The notes under the pieces are model-generated. The model saw only the letters and a program-made list of their open reading frames with translations. It was not told where the DNA came from and did no database searches. The position numbers were made by a program, and so were the translations under genes. Below are positions 52,724 to 64,000 of a DNA stretch of 64,000 bases, piece by piece. Position 1 is the stretch's first letter; every line of letters begins with the position of its first letter. Location of the stretch: NCBI RefSeq assembly GCF_041146345.1, contig NW_027191415.1, positions 744,001 to 808,000 on the forward strand, read 5' to 3'. Source of the stretch: Neodothiora populina. Lineage: Eukaryota.

Positions 52724-52970
52724 TGTCGCTTGAGTATGCTTTGCTTGGGTGCAGACTAATGAGGAGACTGGAGCTTGTTGTTCAGAGTGGTAAGATGATG
52801 GATCGATTCAGATGTACACGCAATTGAGTTCTCGAAATGATGGAGGATTCGGATAGGACTTCGACAAAGAAGAGCTCCGTTTTGCTCGACAAGGGTCGGT
52901 CATACGCTGGTCAGTATTGTCAAAGGTGCTATCGTCATTGGTTCGTCGTGCTCCTGCCGTGCAGATGATT

Positions 52971-52979
52971 ATGACGTAA
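52971..52979. promoter_or_regulatory. CRE-like (Atf1/Sko1-type) site ATGACGTAA in a divergent promoter
   Basis: Motif match about 250 bp upstream of the gene starting at 52723. Function is not shown. Confidence 0.35.
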
Positions 52980-53812
52980 TGTGTTGCTCGCGTCACTGCG
53001 TTCCAAGTGAGGTAATTGGGGGAGGATGCCTCTGCGGCCCATAGCTGACTTTATCCGCGCCTCGAACCACGGTCACGATAAGTTATGTTCGAGGTCAAGA
53101 TGATCTAGAGAATGAATGCAACACATCAAGTATATACAAAGGTATTGTGATTTTCGAATGACCGTGGTGTGACAGAATGCGGCGGACAGGGTCACTTACT
53201 CATTACTGTAGTATAATGCGAACCTCTGGAGTGCATTTATGTATACGTGAGTGATATCCACACTCTTTTACTTTACAGAGGAAGGTAAGATGATACATTT
53301 ACAGTGTGTTGTATTGGGCTTGCAACTTATGTCCTTTGATACCTACAATGTACAGTAAGGGTATTAGCATGTCTTATAGCACGTACTATACAGGAAATTG
53401 GTATAGCAGAATATCAATGTAGAGTCTTGTCGCTCTCCGGAGCATGCTGACAGACTCGCCGACTTTCCGTTCCAACTGTGCGAAGACAAGAGCTCGACCC
53501 GATGCTAAATCGAGCGCTTCAAAATAAACGGTGTGGATGTAATTAGCTGCATGTGTCGACATACCAAATGGATATCACGCCAGCCTCGGCGGGTTTGGTG
53601 CCAAGCTTGATTGGTCACCTAACAGCATACGAGTCAAGCTCTCCACATATCGCACTGCACTTGCATACCTTCACCTAACTCTAAGCTTTTGGCGCAGGTT
53701 TCTAGGGCACCTGCATAGAAACATACAGTTCCGTGCTTTGACATTTCAAACATATATAGTCACAGAATCCAGCGAATCATCTGTACATTCACCAGCGAGT
53801 CTTTCTTTCATC

Positions 53813-54561
53813 ATGACTTCGGCAGCGTTGGCAGGCAGCACCGGCCTCGTCGTATGTACTAAACTTCCGACACACACGCCTCGTATTTTGCTAAGTAGTG
53901 ACACAAGGGCGGCAACATCCTCTCCGTGCTAGCCGCGAGTCCCACAATATCAGCAGTGCATGCCTTTGCGCGGCGAGACCTTCCCACAACCTCGCCCAAA
54001 CTGACGGCTCTGAAGTCTGCCGACTCTGCGGAGTGGCCTAGCATGTATCCTGCCAATACGCCACTGTTCCTGTCTGCGCTGGGCACAACCAAAGCTCAAG
54101 CGGGCAGCGTGGCGAATCAGCGAAAGATTGATTTCGACTTGAATCTCGAACTCGCCAAAGCGGCCAAGAACGCGGGTGCGACGACTTGTGTCCTCATTTC
54201 TACGTCTGGCGCGAACGCGCAGAGCTCATTTGCGTACCCTCGCATGAAGGGCGAACTCGAGGATGCTGTACGGAAGCTTGACTTTGAGCATACTGTCATT
54301 CTCCGGCCGGGTCTTATCGTGGGTACCAGAGAGGACTCGAGGCCTCCTGAGTATGCTTTCAGGAAGATTGCAGGTCTGTTCGGCGCCATTAGTAGTGCGT
54401 GGCTCAAGGACCCTTGGGCTCAGGATGCAGATGTCATTGCGAAAGCTGCCGTTTCTGCTGGTCTGCAGTGCGTGGGGGGCACGACTGATAGGAAGGTTTG
54501 GGAGCTCACGCAGAGTGAGATTGTGAAGCTCGGACGTGATGAGTGGAAGGCTTCCATGTAG
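53813..54561 (+). CDS. FMP52: Fmp52 / TIP30-like NAD(P)-binding protein (intron 53852-53907)
   Basis: Motifs LAGSTGLVGGNIL, LSALGTTKAQAGS..QRKIDFDLN, YPRMKGELE and ILRPGLIVG. Confidence 0.92.
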
Positions 54562-54891
54562 GAGCGACGTCTGATATTGCTTTCGCGTACAAACCACCTC
54601 ACTGTGGCTACTCAATTAATGGTTACCTTACACTTGCTTCAATAGCCAAGCATCTTCAGCGCTCGTTCTCAATGCAGTGTATTAAGAGTAAGTACCATCT
54701 CAGAAAGCATACTCAACCATCGCACGGTCTGCCTCAGACTCGAAGATGCCGGACTGGTTTGGAGCGTACTTGCTCTCAAATCCTTGGCTCCGCACCCTAA
54801 TCAATTAACAGAGCGAAACCCTCCTTTCAGAATTTCGTGGCTGGAGTACCACGCTGCGGACTCTCTTGGGCCTTGCAGTCTCCCGAGGCGG

Positions 54892-57800
54892 CTATGTCTT
54901 GGTCCCAGGACGTTTGTATTTTCTAGGATCTATACAATGAATCAATTAGCCTGATGATCCGGCACAAGTCTCAATATCTGCCTTGGATTGAATAATGCGG
55001 CCAGTGTTCTGCTCATGCTCGCTCAACGGACATGTTTGCCGAGCCTCGGTACGTACCTTTGCGCGACATTTTGACCCTGTCACGAGTCCCTGTTTTACGA
55101 AAAGACGTTAGGCCAGACCCGAGAAATAGGTTACATGCATTAGCGGTTGGAAGGAATAGCCGTTCGTACACGAGTACAAGTGAGATGAATGTACTTCGAG
55201 AAGATGTGGGGGAGCGACATGACCTCAGCAACCGGGGATGGTTGTGGCGCTTTGGGGGCGCTTAAGGGCGCCTAGGGGAATAGCCCTTGTGACCGACCGA
55301 TCGATCGTCACGCAGACATACAATGTGAACCACAATGCGGACGCAGTAACGAATGACTGGCTTGACTCACCTTTGCCTCCTTCCCAGAACCCGTGCCCAC
55401 GCTTGCCAACAAGGATGCTATGGCAGAAGTGACATTGCTCCGGCGCATAGTTTTGCTCTCTGGAACCTGGGATGAGACATCAGTATGACAGTGTGTTTAG
55501 TCGCGTCGCATAAGCTTCGCTTACAGTATCCACTAGGTAATGTTAGCATGCGTCGCAGAAGGAGAGATATGTAAGCATACCATAGCATTCGATTAGCGTG
55601 CTCTTCTGGATGGTCGCTTGCCTCATCGTGACAGCGATCGCAGGGGAAGACTCGCTGGCAACATGAGAACCTAAACGCTGTCAATGATACGTGAAAGGAC
55701 GACGACATCAACACTGCGGCGCGTGACTGACCTAAACCATCGATACGATTTGGCATAATGCTTGCAGCGTCCGCGCCCAGGCAGTTCCTGACCTGTCCCT
55801 CTATCAGCGATGTTCAGAAGTTCGGATCCGTTTGGCTTTGTCTTCTTACCAGCAACGATGCCTAAGTTTTCCTTCGCCTAGTAGCCTATGTCAGTTTGGT
55901 GCATTCAGTGACATCCCATGGTGACTACCTTTTTGAAACGGCGATTTGGTGTTAGACGAGCTGTTTTGCTCACGATGTCAGTGACTGTCTCGTATCCCTG
56001 TAAACGTAGGCATTCCCCCTACCTGCAGCAGCGCTGACGCGTAAGAACTTTATCTCAGGAATCCTAATCACTGCGTTTTGTCAACGATGGTCGTACCTAT
56101 CACAGAGACAACAACCTCAACTTACTCATCTTTTGGTGACAGTCTCGGCAGATTGCCATTGCTGCATCACCACGTACGGCCACGACTCCAGGCCCTGGAA
56201 ACGGCGTCGAACAATCAGAACACGTAGGGATGAAGTGACTATAGCTAGTGAGCCTGCGCACATGTTGTACAATATTAGACCACTTACCTTGGCAGCATAT
56301 CAACTACTGTGCATCCGTCCATGTCCAGATAGCCTGCTCTGGAAGAGTTCGCGTGCATCAAATCCATCCGATAGCCTGCTAAATTTAGTGAAACTTCAAT
56401 TTGTTAGGACATTGGAGTATAACCTACCGACTGCCAAGCTGTTCGAACACTTCTTACAATTCTCATCCTTCATGCCTGTTTGATCAGCTGCAGCGTTGTT
56501 CTTCAGTCGCAGGAACTCAGTTGTCTCTTTGCAGCGGTCACATTTGACGACGATGTTGAGAGTCACAAGCTCTAATAGCTCAATGCAATGAAGCCCAAGA
56601 TCAGGAAATGAGATCTGAACGCCCCTTTCTACCGCGATCGTTGGCGTTGACGAGGCAGTCGCATCACCTATCACTCCACTTTCGAGTGGTTCGTCGTCAC
56701 TCTCGTAGTCTGTTGACGCCGATTCATCACTACTATAGTCGTCCTGACCATCGCTATGCTGCGCCCACTCCGGTGGACGTTCAATGAGCCGGACGTGATC
56801 CTTGTCGGTTGGACGGGCTGCATCTATTTGTAGGCTCTTGTCGACAGCACTGCTTGTCGCTACATCGGCCTGTGGTTCTTCAATCTCCACAACGTTCTTG
56901 GGTACATCCTGCTCGACTTCTGCCATCATTACATGCACATTGTGCGATAAATAATTGACGTGAGCTAGAAGGGTGAGTTCGGGATGAAGCTTGGCCCTTT
57001 GCTGAAAAGCCTTTCCTAGTCGACGGGCTTCATCTCCTGTATTGCCCGGAAACTCAACTTGTGGCGGATGTAGGTTGTAAAGTGCAGGTACAAACAGGCG
57101 AAGGTTTTGTTGAGTCCGAAGTGAATCTGGCAGAGCAGTCTTCTTCGTGGGTTCAAAGGGAATGGTAAAGGTCGACTCATCTGCGTGCTTGATAAATCCT
57201 TTCAACCTACCTAGTCGAGCGATAATTTGTCTTATTTCCGTTTGTCTCTTAGTAGAAGCCGCGTTCTTCTGCTCTGATGTGAAGAACACAAGTGCCTCCT
57301 GAACCACAGGCTTGACAGTCGCCCGTGAAACTGTTATGACTTTCTGCTCGGTCGCGATACTCTCGGTGTACTTAGGTCTGGGGGGTAGTACCAATTTCAC
57401 AGTCTCCGACATTTCTTTTGACAAGAGATTCTCAAGCTCCTTGTCAAGGCGATTGAAGAGTCCGAGAAGAGTCGCTCCAGGACTGCTCGCGACAAGATCT
57501 TCGAATCCTCGTTCGATGTTCAATTGGAATCCTCGCCTCAACTCCTGGTTCGTGACTCGAATACTTGGCAGACCCGATTGAGGATACCCGAACGGCACAG
57601 TAAGTATACACGATAGGCTGTCAATCTCGAACGGAAAGTCTGGATCCGATGGCACCAAGCCGAATTTGAAGACAGTTCCCGAAGATCCGACTTCTTCGCT
57701 TGGATTAAAACGACGTCGGATCTGGCCAAGCTGGGACTCTCGTGGATCTTCAGCTTGTGCTTTGGGAATCGGGCGGGAGATCACGCGGCGTTTGTCCGCT

Positions 57801-58342
57801 AGAGGTTGCTTGTATTTGCGGCCAGACTCTCCATCAACAGCAGTCTGACCAGCCGTGGTTGTGACTTCATTGGGCTTCTCTTCGAAGGTAGTGTCATGCG
57901 AGAATCGACATTCTGAGCCGGCTCTACATCCTGTATAGAAACAAAGATATTAGCTATCGTCAGGGGGCACAGTCCGCCATCTGTGGTTGGTGTATTCGAA
58001 CACCATTCTACGCCTATAGAAATACACCAGCATCTGCGATCGAGCTTGTTTCCAATATCTTCCCAAGAAGGTCGGACGTTGTACAATGTCATCATATGCG
58101 AGGCTTGCAGAAACACTGTAGATGTGGTTGACTAGCAAACTTGTGGCATGTTGCTTATGCAAAATCGCTACAGGTACGACATCGCCACAGGGACAACTTC
58201 GAACTTTGCATATTCACTAAGATGAGTATCACTTACCGTTACGTGAATTAAAGAACCGACATTTCTGTGAGCTTTTCTTGCTCTTTCGGTGCGCAATAGG
58301 GAGAGCAGCATCTTGCTGAACATCTGCCTCGGATTCGGCCAT
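54892..58342 (-). CDS. CCCH zinc finger + RWD-like + CHY zinc finger protein, about 13 exons
   Basis: Spliced N-terminal CRFFNSRNGCRAGSECRFSH (C-x8-C-x5-C-x3-H), a YPxxxxP RWD-like segment, and C-terminal CKHY..RFSCCQRVFPCDRCHDE..H..MLCGYC (CHY). Ends GFWEGGKGTRDRVKMSRKDPRKYKRPGTKT*. Confidence 0.85.
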
Positions 58343-60138
58343 GCCTACCTGATTGTTTCTATATATAATTAGTTGTGTATCTAAGTAACTTCATGTTATA
58401 TTGAGCACACCTTTGCCTGCTCTTGATAGTCCGCTTCTAAAGACCGCTTGATGTTTCCCTTGTAAAGCTTCGATGCCACAACTGTGCTTCTTCCAGTGCA
58501 CGTGGTTTACACCTACTGATCGCTCTCACTCCGGAAACCTCAGTCTTTGAAACGCCTCGTCTGAACGCCTCTCACGAAGCAGTAGTATTTATGTTGCAAA
58601 ACGCTACAGTCATTCAGTGACTCATTCCACGATTCAGGTCTGTTAGTCACCAACTTGTTGGTATACTCTAAGGTAGGCACTTTGAACAGAACATGCCTTG
58701 GCGTTGCAACCTTCTTCCTTTGCAGCTTCACTATGACGTACTGCACAGTAAGTTTCCGATACGAAAAGTGTATCTCGGACGATACAGCACTTGGACTGTA
58801 GCTAAGGCACACTCTGCTCCGGAAGAGACGTAGGCACTGTCCCGATGCGCGAGCCCTCCCCGTACCGTACAGTACAAGTACATGCAACAGAAGAACCTCC
58901 TGTGCCTTATGTGTGTGTGCAGCAGTGGTGCGGCTGGGTAGGTAAGCACGTGCTGGCTGCCTCCGCAAGAAATGCACTAAGGAATCTTAGTTGGTCACCA
59001 GGTGTCTTGTGTTCATAGCGTGTGAAACGACCGGGCAACCAAGGGCAGGACAACACGTCAAGGAAAATACAATCTCTACCAAGTGGAGGCGAATCCATTC
59101 TACCCCAACGTGTTCCACAAAGTGAACGTGGGTATGGTGTCCGACGCAAGTCTTTTTGCCTCTCGCCTGATCTGTCCTCTTGTTTGTATACACAGCATAC
59201 ATAAAAAACAAATGCTGTCTCTGCTAAAATAGACTATGCAGCAGCGGCAGAATACACAAGTAAGGTACTTAGGCTGTCACAGCTGGGAGTAATAGACGAG
59301 GATCACGGAATTGTGGAAAGAGACAGGGAGAAAAACGCCCATAATTCCTTACTGTATTTGGTTGCATCGAAATCACCCGTTCTGCCGTTGCTCTCTCAAT
59401 CCAGGCTTTTCTTACTCCTTGCTCCTACATGAAATCGCGGCAGGCGAATCATCAGGTTTTCCTGTGAGTCCATGCCAGCAAAAGGCCCGACACCGTAATT
59501 CATGTGCAATGTTGAGGCGGCATAGTGACGATTCCCACTGGGAAAAGAGGTTGAGAGTGATCCACTTGTCTCCAGTCATTAGCACAGTCGCAATTACATG
59601 CCGCGGACCAGGCATGTGACTCTGGCACAGACGCTTCAGTCGGTCTGCCCGGAGTCCAGCTCACAAGTGGGGAATCTTTCGCACGGATCTTGCTTCAAAG
59701 CTGTTCCCATTATTGATTACAGAGTATCATCGATGACAGGACGACCACTATATCGCCCATTCCCGGATGGCGCTAGACAAAATGCTGTGTAATAGTACAT
59801 TCCCAAAGCGACGCTCGCATCGACTTTGTTTTGTGAAACTGCAGAAACGCGCAAACGCGCTAGTAAATAGAGAATAATAAAACAAATTCACGGCCATGGC
59901 TGAGAGGCCCCTCATTCGTGCTGGTATCAAAATCGTATCTTTTTGCAAAAAGCACAGCCAGAAAAACAAAACTTATGCCCCATCGTGCTATGCCGTGAAA
60001 ATCCAATAAACACCAGAGCCGCCCTCCGCTGTGATGCAAATATAGAGGATGCCAAACTCAAGAAGAGTGAACAATGAAACAAGGGCTGCGCTAGAAACTG
60101 CTAGAATATTGAAAATGTAAGTCTGGCAAGAGAGTAGA

Positions 60139-61866
60139 TTACCATCCCTTAGCGTGATACTCCTGAAGGCCTTGGTGGAAGTATTCGTTGGAGAAATTCT
60201 TCTTGTCGCTGTCTATCATTGACATGATGGGAGCTGGTTCGGGGTGTTGTTTGAGGTTCTTGATGTCGTTGGAAGTGTGGCGTCTCTTCATCGCAGCAAG
60301 GTTGTTCGAGCTCTTGTGCTGTCGCTCCCACAACAGATTCTTCCGGAGTGATTCGGTAAGCTCCGTAGATAGCATGTTGCGACGGGTTGTGCGGGGCGAA
60401 AGAGCTAGCTGTTGACCTTGCGGCGTGTTGACCATGATGGGTTGAGGTTTGCTGGGTGCTGAATCCTGTAAAGGGGTGTATTCCTGCATCCTGGGTGGTG
60501 GGGTTGCAGAAGGACCGTTTGGAGAAGTCTGTCTTGAACGGCGGAGTGCTGGCGATGAGCGAGAAGCGGCATTCGCAAGCGCTTTAGCACGGTCAGGCTC
60601 ATGCATCATGGTGGTGAGCATCGAGCGACGAGATGCAATGCTAGGTCGAGAGTCCACACGCTTGAATAGAGATCTTTCATCCACGGATGAGCTACCGCTG
60701 TCTTCAGCGTCATCTTCCCAGTCCGAGGAGTCCTCGTCTTCATCGTCGTCTTCAATGACGTTCTCGTATCCATCGTCGTCCTCATCGTCCTCGTCGTCTG
60801 ATTCTTCAAAGACCGGACTCTCGGTGATGGCCCTCGAGTTTACAATGTCCTTGAATGAAGTGTGCTTGTTAATTGGTTTGTGAATGCTTCTTGACAGCGA
60901 GCTGATGTTCTTTCCCATGTGGCTGTCCAGCGAGCTTTCGTCTTCCCCAGATGAACCGCCTAGGGTAAAAGTCGCACCCTTCTTCTTTGAAATGCTCGAC
61001 CTGGGCAAACTTGGTTTGGGCGGTGTCTCTTGTCTGTGTTGTGGAGATGTCTTCAGAATCGGGGTGGGAGCTGCCGCAAGTTGCGTTTGTGACCTGTATG
61101 ACGACATTCTCATGGGCTCGAAGCCACGGACAATCTCGTGCGTGCTGACATCAGTCGACGAGCTCTCTGAGGAGACCATGTTTCCAGAGGGGTTGGATCC
61201 AGTGCTGCCGATGTCAGAGGTGGACGAATCCAGTAATGGGCCCGTCGGCGCCAGGCTGCCAACCGAGAGCTCTACATTCGAGGGAGGCGCCGTTCTCGTG
61301 GCCGTGGGGGTGGAGTCTGAGGGCAAATCGTGTTGTGAAGCTGATACCGGTAGTGAGAAAGACGGCAGAGGCTCGAGGTTCTTCTTCTCCTGGATGGAGA
61401 TGACCATCTTCTCCAGGTCTATCGGGGTGATGTGCTTCTCATGGCCACGACTCCTGTGCTCAGAAGAATTGCTGCGTCTAAGCTCCGGTCGCACAATTGG
61501 GGAAGGTGGTGATCCTCCCTCGTCAAAGTCTGAATCGCTCGATGATACGCTGCTAGATAAGGCGGGGACCGGAATGTGCTTGGCACGTGTCGGAAGGTTT
61601 TGGCACCTGCCTGTTTGCGGAGAGCAGCAGAAAGTCTCTCGATTCCATAAACGCCAGCTCAGATTTTCGAGGCGTTTGCCGTCTTCCATTGCGTCTGATA
61701 TCCTGGAGAATACTGCATCAAATCTATCAGCGCAACCAAATGTGAGATGTGAGGCACAACGCGTACCCGACCACATGCCGAAGAGATCTTCGACCGAGCG
61801 AGTATCGATGGTGTGCATCTTGTCCACGTCGATTTTTAATAGTGAATGCTGAGGTCTGAACGGCAT
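60139..61866 (-). CDS. DUF1752 + DUF3295 protein (Mks1-like regulator); intron 61713-61766
   Basis: DUF1752 motif MW.VF...GKRLENLSWRLW and C-terminal SPRTTRRNMLSTELTESLRKNLLWERQ...YHAKGW. Confidence 0.85.
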   Translation of the reverse strand: MPFRPQHSLLKIDVDKMHTIDTRSVEDLFGMWSGTRCASHLTFGCADRFDAVFSRISDAMEDGKRLENLSWRLWNRETFCCSPQTGRCQNLPTRAKHIPVPALSSSVSSSDSDFDEGGSPPSPIVRPELRRSNSSEHRSRGHEKHITPIDLEKMVISIQEKKNLEPLPSFSLPVSASQHDLPSDSTPTATRTAPPSNVELSVGSLAPTGPLLDSSTSDIGSTGSNPSGNMVSSESSSTDVSTHEIVRGFEPMRMSSYRSQTQLAAAPTPILKTSPQHRQETPPKPSLPRSSISKKKGATFTLGGSSGEDESSLDSHMGKNISSLSRSIHKPINKHTSFKDIVNSRAITESPVFEESDDEDDEDDDGYENVIEDDDEDEDSSDWEDDAEDSGSSSVDERSLFKRVDSRPSIASRRSMLTTMMHEPDRAKALANAASRSSPALRRSRQTSPNGPSATPPPRMQEYTPLQDSAPSKPQPIMVNTPQGQQLALSPRTTRRNMLSTELTESLRKNLLWERQHKSSNNLAAMKRRHTSNDIKNLKQHPEPAPIMSMIDSDKKNFSNEYFHQGLQEYHAKGW

Positions 61867-64000
61867 ATTGGCGATGGATTCACTCGTGGCGAACGAGTGA
61901 GCTGTGAGTTTTGTGTTGAGGGGCGTGTTTAACTATGGGCGAAGCGGCACCCGGGCGTTTCGCTGTTTGCAGGTCTTGCGTGCGTCAAGTGCGTCAGAAT
62001 GCGGGAATGAGCGCGCGTCGTGTTACTGCGGAGTAGCGGAGGTGAGAAGATTGTCCTGCCAGACCATTGGTGATTCGAAGAAAAGCTGCTGAGCGAATGG
62101 GGGAGGACTTTTTGTGCTCCTGGGTTACTGCTGCTGGAGACAAGTCACGACAGGTGACAAGATGTAGGGGAGTGGCAGCGGTCAGCGTGGGCGTGGAAAC
62201 ACTGCGTAGCTGATTCATGGGAGGCGCCGGCTTTCATATGTACTCTAATGCGAATACCCTTTCTCCTTACGGGGATCTAACGGGACGCTTTAGTTCGAAA
62301 ATGACAAAAAAGCTTCTGAGGTTCGTCTGAGGTCCCACCTCGGCGGTAAGGAACAAAGCGTAGCGTGCCAAGAGGGCCACCCCCATCCGCCGCTCAGGGA
62401 CTCTGTTTCCAGATCGGAGTTTCTCCAGTTCGGAGCAATAGCGCATCTCGCGAAGGAAAACCCTGAAATAATTGCCTCTTGAATGCGAGTCCATCGAGTA
62501 TTAGATACAGATGCGGAGGTACAGGTACGTTACATCTGCTTGCGTCTTTATTGGATGGATCTCTGTTCCGTGCAGTTCTATGCTTCTTCTACAACTATAC
62601 AAGTGTACGGTCGAGCCCGTTCGTCCATTCTAAATCGCCGAGAAACGAGAAATGTGACAGATTTTCGGCCATCGGTCCGCTGCAAAGCACGCAGTGTCGC
62701 ACTTGTTGATTGCATACTCCGCCCGCCCTTCCTACACAGGCTGTTGTGTCACGCCTCTCGACTCACCCAGACTTGCAATCCTCCTGTTCGGCATTCTTGT
62801 CAGTCTGCGCTGTGGAAGCGTCTCGGCTAACGATGGAACGGTGCTACTGTACCTGGACTAAACTGTTTGCGCAAGCATCATGTGCCAGGCGGCTTTGGAC
62901 GGCGGATGTTCAGGAAGGGCCCACGTGCATCTCCACCCTGACTCGCATGTCTATCATGTCTGGATGAAGTGCAACGCTAGACGTGGTAGATAAAGTAAGA
63001 CTTTGAGGTAAGGTCTTGCGGGTGGTGAACACCGACCCGACGTTTAGCCAGGTGTGCGGCAATAGGGCTCGGTATCTTCACGGATAATGGTTAAAACTCC
63101 AGCGGATTTGAAGGGAAAAAGAAAAAGAATTAGCAGCGCCACGCCTACAGTATCTTGGTAACCGTCAGGACATGTGCGTTTCCATACACTAAGCTTCTTC
63201 CGTTGGCTTTCCGAGGTGTTCGGAAGAATGTGCTTGTCCCCTGCTGTAAGAAGCAAAATGGCCGAGAAGCTCTGCACCCGGTAATTCGCCTCATTAGCCA
63301 TCAAACCCCCGAATCATCCATGCCAACGACTCGATTGGGTGTGCAACGTGACCCAGACTTATGTTAACGGTCAATGAGAACAACGCATCCCCTGGCGAAA
63401 ATGGACTCTTCGGCTCCTCTGTCTCACTGTCTACCGGGAAGCTGTGTATCACATAGGCATACGTTTTTATTTTATTTGCTTTCTCAATCGAGCCTGACTG
63501 GAGGTTGTGTTAAAATCATGCAGCCTACCCTGTAGACCGCGAAGATTACCCCCTGGGGAGAGTGCATAGGCATACAAATGCATATAGCCGTCCGTGGTCT
63601 TCGTGTGATAGACGTGGGGAGACAAGCCTGGTGACCTTAGTTCTAGAAGCCTGTCAGGGCTCTAGGCCTGTGTTGATCGGTGAATCGGATCAACGACGAA
63701 AAGAGACGGAGAGATCAGCGCTTTCCCCCACATGATCAGATCTAAGTTACAAAAGGGCCGTACGCATCATGCCTCCATGCTTCCATGCTCCCAGCATCAC
63801 ATGACGTTCCAAGCTCGAGCTGACGCGGACCGGCATCGTATAGCCTTAGCCAAAGTAAGGTAATTAGGTAATACGGAGTGAAGAAGTCATTCGTATACAC
63901 GTTTTGCTATTGCATGAGCAATGGAACAGCGAGGCTTGGCTGTAACAACGTGCTATAGCTAAGAAGTCCATACGCCCAGACACGCACTATTTGTTGCACA

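Noticed and set aside
53030..53100. GGTTCGAG T-loop-like motif on the minus strand as a possible tRNA
   Set aside because: The flanks do not form a T-arm or cloverleaf.

Overview
This is a gene-dense, intron-containing chromosomal segment from a filamentous ascomycete (Pezizomycotina; a Dothideomycete-like fungus is my inference from gene content and protein style). It holds about 21 protein-coding genes, nearly all housekeeping: VPS54, MCM5, AP-1 mu subunit, a large OB-fold (POT1/Telo_bind-like) protein, LCL2, NOP10, NOB1, NRP1-like RNA-binding protein, RAD9/crb2, ERG7, condensin YCG1, mitochondrial uS15, RPS0, pentafunctional ARO1, GLO1, NMNAT, a small putative mitochondrial protein, FMP52, a CCCH/RWD/CHY zinc-finger protein, a DUF1752/DUF3295 protein and one orphan ORF. 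I derived exon structures by eye from GT-AG and branch-point signals. I saw no tRNA, rRNA, transposon or CRISPR array, and no clearly novel multi-gene system. The best leads are: a TACWGTA heptamer that recurs in intergenic DNA; a structured, stop-free intron in NOP10; dual-ATG mitochondrial/cytosolic GLO1; two poorly characterised multidomain proteins; an 8-nt microexon; and a pseudonuclease domain in NRP1.
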